A stretch of 64,000 nucleotides of DNA from NCBI GenBank assembly GCA_948438085.1, contig CAOJKP010000001.1, forward strand, positions 29,302 to 93,301, in the 5' to 3' direction. The notes under the pieces were generated by a model. It saw only the letters and a list, made by a program, of their open reading frames with translations, searched no databases and was not told the origin of the DNA. Numbering within the stretch: position 1 is the first letter of the stretch; each line of letters starts with the position of its first letter. Of this stretch, positions 29,901-39,476 are shown piece after piece. This DNA comes from an uncultured Clostridium sp. GTDB lineage: Bacteria > Bacillota > Clostridia > TANB77 > CAG-508. Made by a program: the position numbers and the translations under genes.

Positions 29901-32900
29901 CAGAAGTTGCCACATTTAGTGGATGGGGAAATAATGGAAATACTAAAGTTATCAATTTACCAAAAGCAAAAGAAGCTAAGTATGTAAAATTTCAAGCTAC
30001 ATCAAATTATGGAGATGGAAGAACTTTCATATCGGCAAAAATGTTTAATTTCTTTGAAGATGTAACTAAAATAGCTGTTGCTGATTTTAGCTTAGATGGA
30101 GAAGAAGCAGGGAAAATTAAAATAAGAGAAGAGTATAAAGATTTAAGTTGGCAATATAGTATAGATGGAACAACATGGAAAAATACTACATCATCAACAC
30201 ATATATTAAACCAAGAAGAATTAGATACATTAACAGAAGAAAATGATATTAAAATTAAGTTTGCTGGAAATGATACAGAATACTATATTGACTTAGATAA
30301 AAAGGTATATGATGAAACACCATACGCAAATGATTGGGAAAATAGATTAATTGGAATAAAAAATTCTAGTGAACTTGAATGGAAAATTGATGATGGTAAT
30401 TGGAAATTATATACAGAAGAAGAACCAGTTGTAACAGGTAACAAAATTCTGTATGTTAGAAAAAAAGCATCAGAACAATATTTAGCAAGTGATATAGCCC
30501 AATATCAATTTACAGATGATAATCAATCAAATGATAAAAAATATATACCAATAGAGCATTTATCAGTACATGCATTTGTTTCAGAAACAAATGATGCAAC
30601 TAGACCATTTTATGCAATAAATGCAATTGATGGAAATATTAATACAATGTGGCATACAGCATTCAATCAACATCTTGTTAATGAAGGCAAAAAAGCATTT
30701 TTTACAATAAAGTTAGATGAACCTAAATACATTTCTGCTTTAGAGTTTATTCATAGAAAATATAGAGATTTAGATCCATCTTTTCCAAAAACATGTAAAG
30801 TATTTACAAGTATGGATGGTGAAGAATGGATAGAGTGTGGAAAAGTAGAAAATCTTTCTCAAGAAGATAATATATGGAGAACAATTGAATGTGATAGTAA
30901 TGTTAAAGGTCAATATGTAAAACTTGAAATAGAAACGTATGATATGTTTGCATCAGCAGTAATGATTAATTTATATGAAGATACAACAGCAGTAACAGCA
31001 GCAACATTTGAATTGACAGGTGAAAATGCTAAAAAAATTGTTTTATTACAGGAATTTAAAGATAAAAAGTGGAAATATTCTTTAGATTCTAAGCAAACAT
31101 GGACAAATGTAAATGGTGGTGACCACGCACTTACTGATGAAGAAATAGAAAGATTAAATCCAGAGGATAAAATAATAATTGCATTTGAAGGCTTAGATAA
31201 AGAATATGTTTTATATGTTCAAAAACCAGAAGCTCCTGAAAGAGCATACGTAAATGATTTAGAAAACAGATTAATTGGAATAACCAATACTGATACTTTA
31301 GAATGGAAGATTGAAGGAGAAAGTAGTTGGAAGTCTTATGTAGAAGAAGAACCAGTAGTACAAGGAACTAAAAAGCTTTTAGTAAGAACAAAAGCAAAAG
31401 GTATAAATTTGCCAAGTGATCCAGTGGAATATAACTTTACAGAAGATAATCAAGAAGCAACAAGAAAATATATACCAATATCAAAATTAACAATAGCAGG
31501 TTTCTCAGCAGAAGATAAGGGACAAAGTGGAGCTGCATCAAATGCAATAGATGGAAATTATAATACAAGATGGTTAAATTCATCAGCAGGTACAGATAAT
31601 GAAAAATATATAGTAGTAAAATTTGACTCAGCTGTTTACTTAAGTGCAATGGATTATGTACCACATGCTGAAAATGGAAAAATACTTAGTGGAAAAATTC
31701 TAGGAAGTATGGATGGAGAAAACTTCACAGAAATTGCACAAATATCAAATTGGCAAAATAATCAAAATACAAAAACAATAGACTTTAGTGATTCAGTTAA
31801 AGTAAGATATGTAAAAATAATAGGAGAAGAAACATCATATACAGGAGCAAAAAGACATGTTGGAGCAAGAATGTTTAACTTCTATGAAGATACAACCAAA
31901 AAACAAGTAGTAATTCCAACAGCACAAGTACAATACAGTACAACTACAAAAACAAATCAAGATGTAGTAGCAACATTAGTAAATCCAAGCACACAAATAA
32001 TAATATTAAATAATAATGGAAGTAGTGAATATACATTTACTGAAAATGGAACATTTATATTTGAATTTGAAGATAATGAAGGAAATAAAGGAACAGCAAC
32101 AGCCAATGTAGACTGGATTTGTAAAACATTACCAGAAGCAATATTTGAGTATGATATAACAACACCAACAAATAAAGATGTAACAGTAACAGTAAAATTT
32201 AAAGTAAATGGAGAATTTAGTAATGAAGTAACTATACTAAATAATGAAGGAAGTAATGAATATACATTTAGTGAAAGTGGAGAATTTACATTTAGATTTA
32301 GAGGACCTTATGGAAATGAAGGAACAGCAACAGCAAAAGTAGATTGGTTACATAAAACATTACCAGAAGCAATATTTGAGTATGATACAACAGAAATAAC
32401 CAATCAACCAGTAAAAGTAACAGTAAAATTTAAAGTTAAGGGAGAATTAAGTAACGAAGTAACCATACTAAATAATGAAGGAAGTAATGAATATATATTT
32501 ACTGAAAGTGGAGAGTTTACATTTAAGTTTAGAGGACCTTATGGAAATGAAGGTATGGCAACAGCAAAAGTAGATTGGATAGATACGACTATTCCAGTAG
32601 CAACAATAACATATAGTACAACAAGCTTAACAAATCAAGATGTAATAGCAACATTAACTTCAGAAGATAATATAACAATAACAAACAACGGAGGAAGTAA
32701 CACATATACATTTAGTGAAGATGGAGAGTTTACATTTGAATTTGTAAATGAATTAGGAAATGAAGGAACAGCAACAGCAAAAGTAAATTGGATAGATAAA
32801 GTACCTCCAACACCAACAATTTCATACAATATTATGGAGCCAACAAACGGGGAAGTAGTAGCAACAATAAGCTTTGATAAAGAAAATGTAACAGTAGAAG

Positions 32901-34486
32901 GAGGAAATACATGTTCATTTATAGAAAATGGAACATTTATATTTGAATATGTAGATGAAGCAGGGAATACAGGAACAGCAGAAGCAAAAGTAGATTGGAT
33001 AGATAAAACATTACCAGTAGCGACAATAACATATAGTACAACAAGCTTAACAAATCAAGATGTAATAGCAACAATAAGCTTTGAAGATGGAAGTGATGTA
33101 ACAGTAGAAGGAGGAAATACCCATACATTTACACAAAATGGTATATATGCATTTAATTTTACAACTTCAACAGGAAAGAAAGGTATTGCGAAAGCAAACG
33201 TAACATGGATAGATAAAGTACCTCCAACACCAACAATGGTATATAGTACAATAGAACCAACAACAGAAAATGTAATAGCAGGAATAACATTTGATAAAGA
33301 AAATGTTAGAATAGTAAATAACAATGGAGAAAGGACATATACATTTACCCAAAACGAAACATTCACATTTGAATATATGGATGAAGCAGGAAATACAGGA
33401 AGAGTAAATGCAGTAGTAAACTGGATAGATAGAACAGCACCAACAGCGGAAATTGAATATGATATTACAGAAAAAACAAATGGAAATGTAGTAGCAAAAT
33501 TAGTAAATGCTAGTGAAGATATAATAATAACAAATAATAATGGAAGCAATACACGTACATTTAGTGAAAATGGAAGATACACATTTGAATTTAAAGACTT
33601 AGCAGGAAACAAAGGAACAGCAGTAGCAAATGTAACATGGATAGACAGAAATCTACCAGTAGCAACAATAACATATAGTACAACAAGCTTAACAAATCAA
33701 GATGTAATAGCAACAATAAGCTTCAATAAAGAAAATGTAACAGTAGAAGGAGGAAATACCCATACATTTACAACAAATGGAGAATATGTATTTGAATATG
33801 TAGATGAATCAGGAAACACATCAATGACAACAGCAACAGTAAATTGGATAGATAAGATAGCACCAACAGCACAAATAAATTACTCTATAACAACACCAAC
33901 AAATCAAGATGTAGTAGTAACATTAGTAGATGAAAGTGAACCAATAACAATAACAAACAATAATGGAAGTAAAACATATACATTTACACAAAACAATACA
34001 TTTACATTCGAATTTGTAGATGCAGCAGGAAACGAAGGAACAGCAACAGCGACAGTAAGTAATATAGATAAAGAAGTACCAGTTGCAACGATTACATATA
34101 GCACTGAAGAACCAACAACTGGTGAAGTAATAGCAACAATAACATTTGATAAAGAAAATGTAACAGTTGTAGGAGGAAATACACATGTATTTACAACAAA
34201 TGAAGAATATACATTTGAATTTGAAGATGAAGCAGGAAATAAAGGAACAGCAATAGCTAAAGTTGATTGGATTGAAAAAAATCCAGATGCACCAGTTATA
34301 CTAGGAGATGTTGATGGTGATGGTGAATTAACAGTTAATGATTTAGCATTAATGAAATTACATCTAATTGACATAATAGAATTAAAAGATAATAGATTAA
34401 AAGCAGCAGATATTAATGGAAATGGCGAAGTGGATATAACTGATATAGCAAGGTTAAAATTAATGTTACTTGATTTAGATATTTAA
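26945..34486 (+). CDS. Giant secreted protein: NPCBM-like domain, putative catalytic core, three F5/8 type C (discoidin) domains, ~80-aa repeats and C-terminal dockerin
   Basis: Signal peptide; RGLWAHASS...NGSDHSVYAD; ALDGNINTRWHS, AIDGNINTMWHT and AIDGNYNTRW; GDVDGDGELTVNDL...ADINGNGEVDITD. Confidence 0.8.
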   Translation: MKTNNKCKNIFFLSFCFAIVLIAFLIPNISFAATEDGYKYLSDEDINPTSVKVGWDIFRKDQIKGNGKISVKVEGAYYSFDRGLWAHASSTIIYDLRAYNYDYFTAYLGLNQTASSSSNGVIFKIYTSKDGTNWNIKHNKSSRPGENADFVKIDIKTEKYLKLEADANGSNGSDHSVYADTKLIKEGYQEVGEELVPSIEELDTKIKAFVNSNANIETNPEYKLTLLKRELISRVGPYALRRFYLANDVNKATYEWLTGDVKVLEYFILGGEPEGGYYNTLTQLARLYDAYKEDFKITQTTKYGTVLGDLYTRMAIAMSLTHSQNIGLWLQSGGENKSDALRRYQTYKDMHKNGNFIILRNTDGTPQLNQDGTPKLDVTQWFENYTIEEMRYIFNNLSDDEETLWLNEYTQSFVDQNQNNYGRYISPHPYMDYRWENLGQPEFYDPNRKEEWDTHFKGLFSKYNVTYRTGLKKIWMLFRNPIVQTGAVCGGISKVGSSVRTSHGIPCVVIGQPGHAAMIYYWQDANGRGYWNLDNDVSGWQLSEKGERLPLGWGNAGLYYARGSYQVVYVQLAQEALNDYESLVKCEEKVMLAKVYAGNLKEQERIYEEALEIQSINVDAWLGLINVYNSNTNKTENDYYNLAEKIAKNLKYYPLPMQQLTNLIKPKLTSIENSYKFTLLQTRILNEAKNLPNNTADKFTVMQPSLTRLEANYLLGQMDTTIATFSFDGDDAGKIVLASRFDGSGVRWDYCIDGNPMGEKDAENQSKNWIKVDFSAEEEHKLQLTPEQIASITAEDDIYVHIVGVNYDKNNLYKIDITTSTLPTLYNNDLENRIIGATNVMQWRLNDDDEWTSYSEAPDLTGDKTVEIRVGATGTTLPSTSRKYAFTEDNQPDTRKYIPLSRISLHSFSSEATGGGQYGNVTNALDGNINTRWHSDWNGNDRQRFITVELNKLTYISAVEYVPAGSGNGCVSAGKLYVSTDGEKWTEVATFSGWGNNGNTKVINLPKAKEAKYVKFQATSNYGDGRTFISAKMFNFFEDVTKIAVADFSLDGEEAGKIKIREEYKDLSWQYSIDGTTWKNTTSSTHILNQEELDTLTEENDIKIKFAGNDTEYYIDLDKKVYDETPYANDWENRLIGIKNSSELEWKIDDGNWKLYTEEEPVVTGNKILYVRKKASEQYLASDIAQYQFTDDNQSNDKKYIPIEHLSVHAFVSETNDATRPFYAINAIDGNINTMWHTAFNQHLVNEGKKAFFTIKLDEPKYISALEFIHRKYRDLDPSFPKTCKVFTSMDGEEWIECGKVENLSQEDNIWRTIECDSNVKGQYVKLEIETYDMFASAVMINLYEDTTAVTAATFELTGENAKKIVLLQEFKDKKWKYSLDSKQTWTNVNGGDHALTDEEIERLNPEDKIIIAFEGLDKEYVLYVQKPEAPERAYVNDLENRLIGITNTDTLEWKIEGESSWKSYVEEEPVVQGTKKLLVRTKAKGINLPSDPVEYNFTEDNQEATRKYIPISKLTIAGFSAEDKGQSGAASNAIDGNYNTRWLNSSAGTDNEKYIVVKFDSAVYLSAMDYVPHAENGKILSGKILGSMDGENFTEIAQISNWQNNQNTKTIDFSDSVKVRYVKIIGEETSYTGAKRHVGARMFNFYEDTTKKQVVIPTAQVQYSTTTKTNQDVVATLVNPSTQIIILNNNGSSEYTFTENGTFIFEFEDNEGNKGTATANVDWICKTLPEAIFEYDITTPTNKDVTVTVKFKVNGEFSNEVTILNNEGSNEYTFSESGEFTFRFRGPYGNEGTATAKVDWLHKTLPEAIFEYDTTEITNQPVKVTVKFKVKGELSNEVTILNNEGSNEYIFTESGEFTFKFRGPYGNEGMATAKVDWIDTTIPVATITYSTTSLTNQDVIATLTSEDNITITNNGGSNTYTFSEDGEFTFEFVNELGNEGTATAKVNWIDKVPPTPTISYNIMEPTNGEVVATISFDKENVTVEGGNTCSFIENGTFIFEYVDEAGNTGTAEAKVDWIDKTLPVATITYSTTSLTNQDVIATISFEDGSDVTVEGGNTHTFTQNGIYAFNFTTSTGKKGIAKANVTWIDKVPPTPTMVYSTIEPTTENVIAGITFDKENVRIVNNNGERTYTFTQNETFTFEYMDEAGNTGRVNAVVNWIDRTAPTAEIEYDITEKTNGNVVAKLVNASEDIIITNNNGSNTRTFSENGRYTFEFKDLAGNKGTAVANVTWIDRNLPVATITYSTTSLTNQDVIATISFNKENVTVEGGNTHTFTTNGEYVFEYVDESGNTSMTTATVNWIDKIAPTAQINYSITTPTNQDVVVTLVDESEPITITNNNGSKTYTFTQNNTFTFEFVDAAGNEGTATATVSNIDKEVPVATITYSTEEPTTGEVIATITFDKENVTVVGGNTHVFTTNEEYTFEFEDEAGNKGTAIAKVDWIEKNPDAPVILGDVDGDGELTVNDLALMKLHLIDIIELKDNRLKAADINGNGEVDITDIARLKLMLLDLDI
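31915..34275 (+). repeat. About 10 tandem ~230-250-bp coding repeats (Ig-like stalk)
   Basis: Repeated PxATITYSTT..TNQDV.AT...TFT.NG.FTFEF.DEAGN.GTATA.V.WID. Confidence 0.8.
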
Positions 34487-34505
34487 TTAATAAAATATCA
34501 TGAAG

Positions 34506-34555
34506 AATAATAAATAACTAGAAGTTAGGAGACTAATTTCTAGTTATTTATTATT
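34506..34555 (+). terminator. Hairpin terminator after the discoidin gene
   Basis: AATAATAAATAACTAGAA...TTCTAGTTATTTATTATT. Confidence 0.7.
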
Positions 34556-34668
34556 AATTAAATATTTTTTAAACAGCAAAAATTAAATTAAAATAATATG
34601 ATTAAATATTATTGAAAATAACAGTATAAATATGTTATACTTGTCAATGTTAAGGAAAGGATAAAAAA

Positions 34669-35829
34669 ATGAATTTTAAAATAACACAGAATATAGAATA
34701 TATAGGAGTAAATGATAAAACTATAGATTTATTTGAAAGTCAATATGTTGTACCAAATGGCGTATCATATAATTCATATATAATGAAGGATGAGAAAAAC
34801 GTAATAATGGATACAGTAGATAGAAGAGCTACTAATGAATGGATTGAAAATTTAAGTAAATGCTTAGGTAAACAAAGCGTAGACTATCTTGTTATATCGC
34901 ACTTAGAGCCAGATCATTCAGCTAATGTGCAATTATTAGCACAAAAATTTCCAAAAATGAAAATTGTATTGAACAAAAGAACACAAAGTATGATGAATCA
35001 GTTCTTTGATGAAGATTTATCTGATAGATATGTTATAGTAGGAGAAGGAGAAGTTTTAGATATAGGAAAACATAAACTTCAATTTTTTATGGCACCAATG
35101 GTACATTGGCCAGAAGTAATGGTGACTTATGAACAAACCGAAAAAATATTATTTAGTGCAGATGGATTTGGAAAATTTGGTTCACTAGATGCCAAAGAAG
35201 ATTGGGATTGTGAAGCAAGAAGATATTATTTTAATATTGTAGGAAAATATGGACTTCAAGTTCAACAATTATTAAAAAAAATATCAAGTGTAGATATTAA
35301 AATGATATGCCCACTCCATGGACCAATTCTAAAAGATAACTTAGACTATTATATAAGTAAGTATGACATATGGAGTAGCTATAAACCAGAAGACGAAGGA
35401 GTTTTAGTAGCATATAATTCGATTCATGGGAATACAAGAAATGCAATAGAAAAATTAGAAATAATTTTAAAAGAGAATGGAGCAAAAAAAGTAATTGCAA
35501 TTGATTTAGCAAGAGCAGATATGGCAGAAGCAATAGTAGATGCATTTATATACGATAAATTAATTATAGCTTCTCCAACTTATGATGCTGGGCTATTTCC
35601 GACAACAGAGAAATTTCTAAGACAATTAGATCATAAAAATTATCAAAATAGAAAAATAGGAATAATTGAAAATGGTTCATGGGCACCGATGGCAGGTAAA
35701 TGCATGATAGAAATTATAAAAAATTTTAAAGATGTAAAAATATGTGATACAATAGTTACAATAAAAACAAAGCTTAATAATGAATCAACAGAAAAATTAG
35801 AACAACTTGTTAAAGAAATTTTAAATTAG
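34669..35829 (+). CDS. fprA: Flavodiiron protein (FprA family)
   Basis: [26 protein letters not shown] and PLHGP motifs, then a flavodoxin domain (SIHGNT, SPTY, GSW). Confidence 0.92.
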   Translation: MNFKITQNIEYIGVNDKTIDLFESQYVVPNGVSYNSYIMKDEKNVIMDTVDRRATNEWIENLSKCLGKQSVDYLVISHLEPDHSANVQLLAQKFPKMKIVLNKRTQSMMNQFFDEDLSDRYVIVGEGEVLDIGKHKLQFFMAPMVHWPEVMVTYEQTEKILFSADGFGKFGSLDAKEDWDCEARRYYFNIVGKYGLQVQQLLKKISSVDIKMICPLHGPILKDNLDYYISKYDIWSSYKPEDEGVLVAYNSIHGNTRNAIEKLEIILKENGAKKVIAIDLARADMAEAIVDAFIYDKLIIASPTYDAGLFPTTEKFLRQLDHKNYQNRKIGIIENGSWAPMAGKCMIEIIKNFKDVKICDTIVTIKTKLNNESTEKLEQLVKEILN

Positions 35830-35845
35830 AAAGGGAGTGAAAGAT

Positions 35846-35983
35846 ATGAAATACGAGTGTACAGTATGTGGTTATATATATGATGATAGTATAGAAGCAG
35901 TTAAGTTTGAAGAGTTGCCAGAAGATTGGACATGTCCATTATGTGGAGTTGGGAAAGAAATGTTTAAAAAGGTTGAAGAATAA
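35846..35983 (+). CDS. Rubredoxin (45 aa)
   Basis: Not in the ORF track. [13 protein letters not shown]...[20 protein letters not shown] has two CxxCG motifs; RBS GGGAG. Confidence 0.93.
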   Translation: MKYECTVCGYIYDDSIEAVKFEELPEDWTCPLCGVGKEMFKKVEE

Positions 35984-36028
35984 AAGTGGATTTATGATAT
36001 ATGTTGTTATGTAATTCTTCACAGGCTC

Positions 36029-36067
36029 AAAATGGGATTAGAGTATATACTCTAATCCCATTTTTTT
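36029..36067 (+). terminator. Intrinsic terminator after fprA-rubredoxin
   Basis: AAAATGGGATTAGAGTA / TACTCTAATCCCATTTTTTT. Confidence 0.8.
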
Positions 36068-36413
36068 ATTATAGGAGAGATTTCTGAACTTTCTATAATA
36101 TAAATAAATTTCACAGAAAAAATTCCAAAAAATCTTTTCGTGGACAAACAAAAATGCAGACTTTAAAAAGTTTAAAACAGAAATAATGTTATAATGTCCA
36201 CTTTTGTTCTTCTAGACATTTCAATATATCTGAAATGTAATTCCTAATTTTAGTATTAAAAAATAATAAGTATCTATAATACAAAAAATTAGTAATAAAA
36301 ATTTTTAAAACTAATAAACTTAAGTAAGCTGTTAGTGAGGTACGAGCTTTACAGATTACTTATGCTGTTGTGAACAGGCTGTAAACATATAAATTTGAGA
36401 GAGGTATAAAATT

Positions 36414-36575
36414 TTGCAAGAAAAGAACAAAATAAAACAATACTTATTAAATACAAAGAATCCATATAAAATAAAAGTGGGAGAGATGGCTATAGAAATG
36501 GAATATTCTAATAATAGCAAAACATTTAGCCAGTGTATGTTAAATATTTTAAAACAAAAATATAAAAAAGTCTAA
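36414..36575 (+). CDS. Small recombinase-associated protein (53 aa, DUF6870-like)
   Basis: Not in the ORF track. RBS GAGGT and a TTG start; KIKQYLLNTKNPYKIKVGEMAIEMEYS; upstream of recombinase C. Confidence 0.55.
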   Translation: MQEKNKIKQYLLNTKNPYKIKVGEMAIEMEYSNNSKTFSQCMLNILKQKYKKV

Positions 36576-36752
36576 CAAATTCAAATGAACATGTAAACTA
36601 AATTAGTAAAACAAATCAAAGACAAGTAGTACTAGACAATTTTCATAAAAAATGTCCTCGATGTACAAATGTATGACTGTGGACTTTTTATGAAGATTAA
36701 CTTTTGTATACGTGTTTTTTCATTTGCTATAGAAAAGGGAGGTAAAAAATTA

Positions 36753-38466
36753 ATGGCAGGAAGAAAATCAAAATATTCTTCTAATGAAAATAATGCCATA
36801 AAGAAGAAAATATGGTCAGTTGCACTATATATAAGGCTTTCACAAGAAGATGAAGATAATCGGCAAAGATAAGCAAGAAAGTAATAGTGTAACAAGTCAG
36901 AAAACTTTACTAAACGAATTCATAGAAGAGCATGATGATTTGATAGTTTATGATACTTATATAGATGATGGATTTACAGGAACAGACTTTAATAGACCTT
37001 CATTTCAAAGAATGCTAGAAGATATGAGAAATGGAAATATTAATTGTGTAATTGTAAAAGATTTATCAAGACTTGGAAGAAATTATATAGAAGTTGGAAA
37101 CTATATAGAGCAAGTTTTTCCATTATTTAATATAAGATTTATTGCCATTAATGATTTTGTAGATAGTTTTAAAAACCCATCAAGTACAAATACAATTCTG
37201 GTACCATTCAAGAACTTAATTAATGATGAATACTGTAGAGATACATCTATTAAAATAAGAACATCATTAAATGGAAAAAAGAAAAAAGGAGAATTTATAG
37301 GGGCATTTCCAGCTTATGGCTATATCAAAAATCCAAAAGATAAGCATAAATTAATAATTGACGAAAGTGTTGCAAACATTATAAAAAATATATTTGATTG
37401 GAATGTAAATGAAGGATTAGGAAAAATAGCAATATGCCATAGATTAAACGATTTAGGAATATTAAATCCTACAGGGCACAAAAAAATAGAATTAGGGCAA
37501 AATTATAACAACTACGGAATACAAGACAATACATATACATGGACACCTTCTACAGTACGAAATATTTTAAATAATGAAGTATATATAGGTAATACTGTTC
37601 AGGGAAAAAGAAGAACAAAAAGCTATAAAGTACATAAAGTAGAACAAGTGCCAGAGGAAGAATGGGTAAGGGTAGAAAACACTCATGAAGCTATTATTGA
37701 TAAAGAAATTTTTGAAAAAGCACAAGAGTTAAGCAAACGAGATACAAAGGTATCTCAAAAAACAAAAGAATTATCAATATGGGCAGGATTCTTGAGGTGT
37801 GAAGATTGCAAAAGAGCAATGAATAAGAAAAGTAGTACAAATAAAAGTGGAAGTAAGTATGAATATTATATTTGTAGTACATATAGGAAAAAATCAAACA
37901 ACTTATGCACAAAGCATTCTATTAAAGTGGAAAACTTAGAAAAAGCAGTGTTAAAAGCAATTAACTTACATATTAATTTATTAATTGACACAGAAGAACT
38001 TGTAAAGCAAATCAATAAAAATACATATCAAAATACTAAAAATGAAAATGTCCAAAATATGATAATTACAAAACAAAATGAGATTTCCAAAATATCAAAT
38101 TTTAAAAGAACATTATATGAAGATTGGAAGAATGAAGATATTACAAGAGAAGAATATTTAGAATATAAACAAAAGTATGAAAATGATATTGAAAGATTAA
38201 AGCAAAGTATAGAAAGACTAGAAAATGAAAAGCAAAAGTATAAAAGCCAAAGCTTAAGTAGCAATGAATGGATAGAAAAATTTAGAAAGCAAAAAGGAAT
38301 TACAGAGCTTTCGAGAGATATAATGATGGAACTAATAGATTATATATATGTAAAAGAAAATGGAGATATAAAAATAAGTTTTAAATTTGAAGATGAATTT
38401 AAAAGATGCTTAGAGTATATAGAATGCAATAATAAAGCATTAAACATAGAAGTAAAAGTAATTTAA
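36753..38466 (+). CDS. Large serine recombinase C, ~570 aa, requiring a +1 shift at CGG 36861
   Basis: RBS GGGAGG and ATG 36753. The catalytic ALYIRLS lies before the shift. DN-[C]GGC AAA GAT continues as GKDKQESNSVTSQK...DDGFTG...KDLSRLGR...CEDC. Confidence 0.9.
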
Positions 38467-38486
38467 TCTATATACTCTTAAATATA

Positions 38487-38945
38487 TTACTTTTCAATTT
38501 TACCACAAGCAATTTTAGTTCCAGAATTTCCACTTGGTTGAGTAGTAAAATCATCAGGAGAATCATGAATTATAACAACTTTTCCTAAAATATCTTTTAT
38601 TTTAAATTTGTTTATTAAAACACTCATATAGCTATATCCATTATTTTCAATTAATGGAGGTAAATCTCCAATATGAAAAGGATGAGGACAATTAGTAGGA
38701 TTTAAATGTGATTTTGCATTTGCAAATTCATCATTTGAAGTTCCAGTACAACTAGTTCCTTCATGAATATGAAAACCAAAAAATCTTCCTTTACAATGAT
38801 TTTCAGATTGGGGTAGACCATTAATTTTAGCAGTAACTAAAACACCATTTTTAGTTTCCTTGAAAGTAACAATGCCATCAATTTTAGGATATTTATTTCC
38901 ACCTTTTATATGTGCTTTAGCATCATAGAATATATTAGTAAACAT
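38487..38945 (-). CDS. sodC: Cu/Zn superoxide dismutase family protein, no signal peptide
   Basis: GFHIHEG, HLNP..HPFHIGDLPPL and VIIHDSPDDF..QPSGNSG.KIACG; RBS GAGGTG before ATG 38945. Confidence 0.88.
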   Translation of the reverse strand: MFTNIFYDAKAHIKGGNKYPKIDGIVTFKETKNGVLVTAKINGLPQSENHCKGRFFGFHIHEGTSCTGTSNDEFANAKSHLNPTNCPHPFHIGDLPPLIENNGYSYMSVLINKFKIKDILGKVVIIHDSPDDFTTQPSGNSGTKIACGKIEK

Positions 38946-39012
38946 ATTAAACACCTCATAATATTATATTAAATAAATCAAGAAATGTTACAATTGTGTT
39001 GTTAAAATATAC

Positions 39013-39312
39013 CAAGGAGGTGCTGTTGCAGCACCTGTTGGAGGAAAAGTTTTAAGTGAAGTTCTTCCATACTTAGAGCTTTCAAAGGATAATAAAGAAG
39101 AAATAGAAGAAACAATTGAAATCGAAGTACCAGAAATAAGAGAAACAAATTTAAAAGAAGCAAGAAAAATATTAAAAGAAGTGGGCTTAGAATTACAATT
39201 AGATGTTGAATTATCAAAAGAGGCAAAAGAAGATGAAATATTAATAAAAGAACAAACTCCAAAACCAGGAATAAAAGTTAATAAGGGAAGTAAAATTAAT
39301 GCAGAAATATAA
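39013..39312 (+). CDS. spoVD: SpoVD/FtsI 3' segment (end of transpeptidase domain plus PASTA domain), no start codon of its own
   Basis: QGGAVAAPVGGKVLSEVLPYLE...VPEIRETNLKEARKILKEVGL...EQTPKPGIKVNKGSKINAEI*; in frame with the 5' segment after excision. Confidence 0.9.
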   Translation, partial: QGGAVAAPVGGKVLSEVLPYLELSKDNKEEIEETIEIEVPEIRETNLKEARKILKEVGLELQLDVELSKEAKEDEILIKEQTPKPGIKVNKGSKINAEI

Positions 39313-39421
39313 ATTTATTAAATATTAAGAAAAATTTAATAAATATTAAAACAAAATTTGATAAAATAAGAATGCTTATATTTTTAATATAGGCATTCTT
39401 ATTGTTGTATATATGCTTATA

Positions 39422-39450
39422 TTGACGAAATATAAATAAAATAGTATAAT
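39422..39450 (+). promoter_or_regulatory. SigA-type promoter
   Basis: TTGACG-17 bp-TATAAT upstream of the Stealth gene. Confidence 0.75.
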
Positions 39451-39476
39451 AGAAAAGAATGTAGGGAGATGTTTAT

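Larger units (their letters stand above)
26417..39020. mobile_element. Serine-recombinase integrative element 2 in spoVD (12,602 bp; inferred crossover dinucleotide GG)
   Basis: Direct repeat CAAGGAGGTG at 26411-26420 and 39013-39022. Perfect 14-bp inverted arms ATTTTAACAACACA (26429-26442) and TGTGTTGTTAAAAT (38995-39008) each lie 10 bp from GG. A recombinase gene is near the right end. Confidence 0.85.

Noticed and set aside
13763-39020. Prophage or conjugative ICE
   Set aside because: No recognisable structural, terminase, relaxase, T4SS or replication genes.
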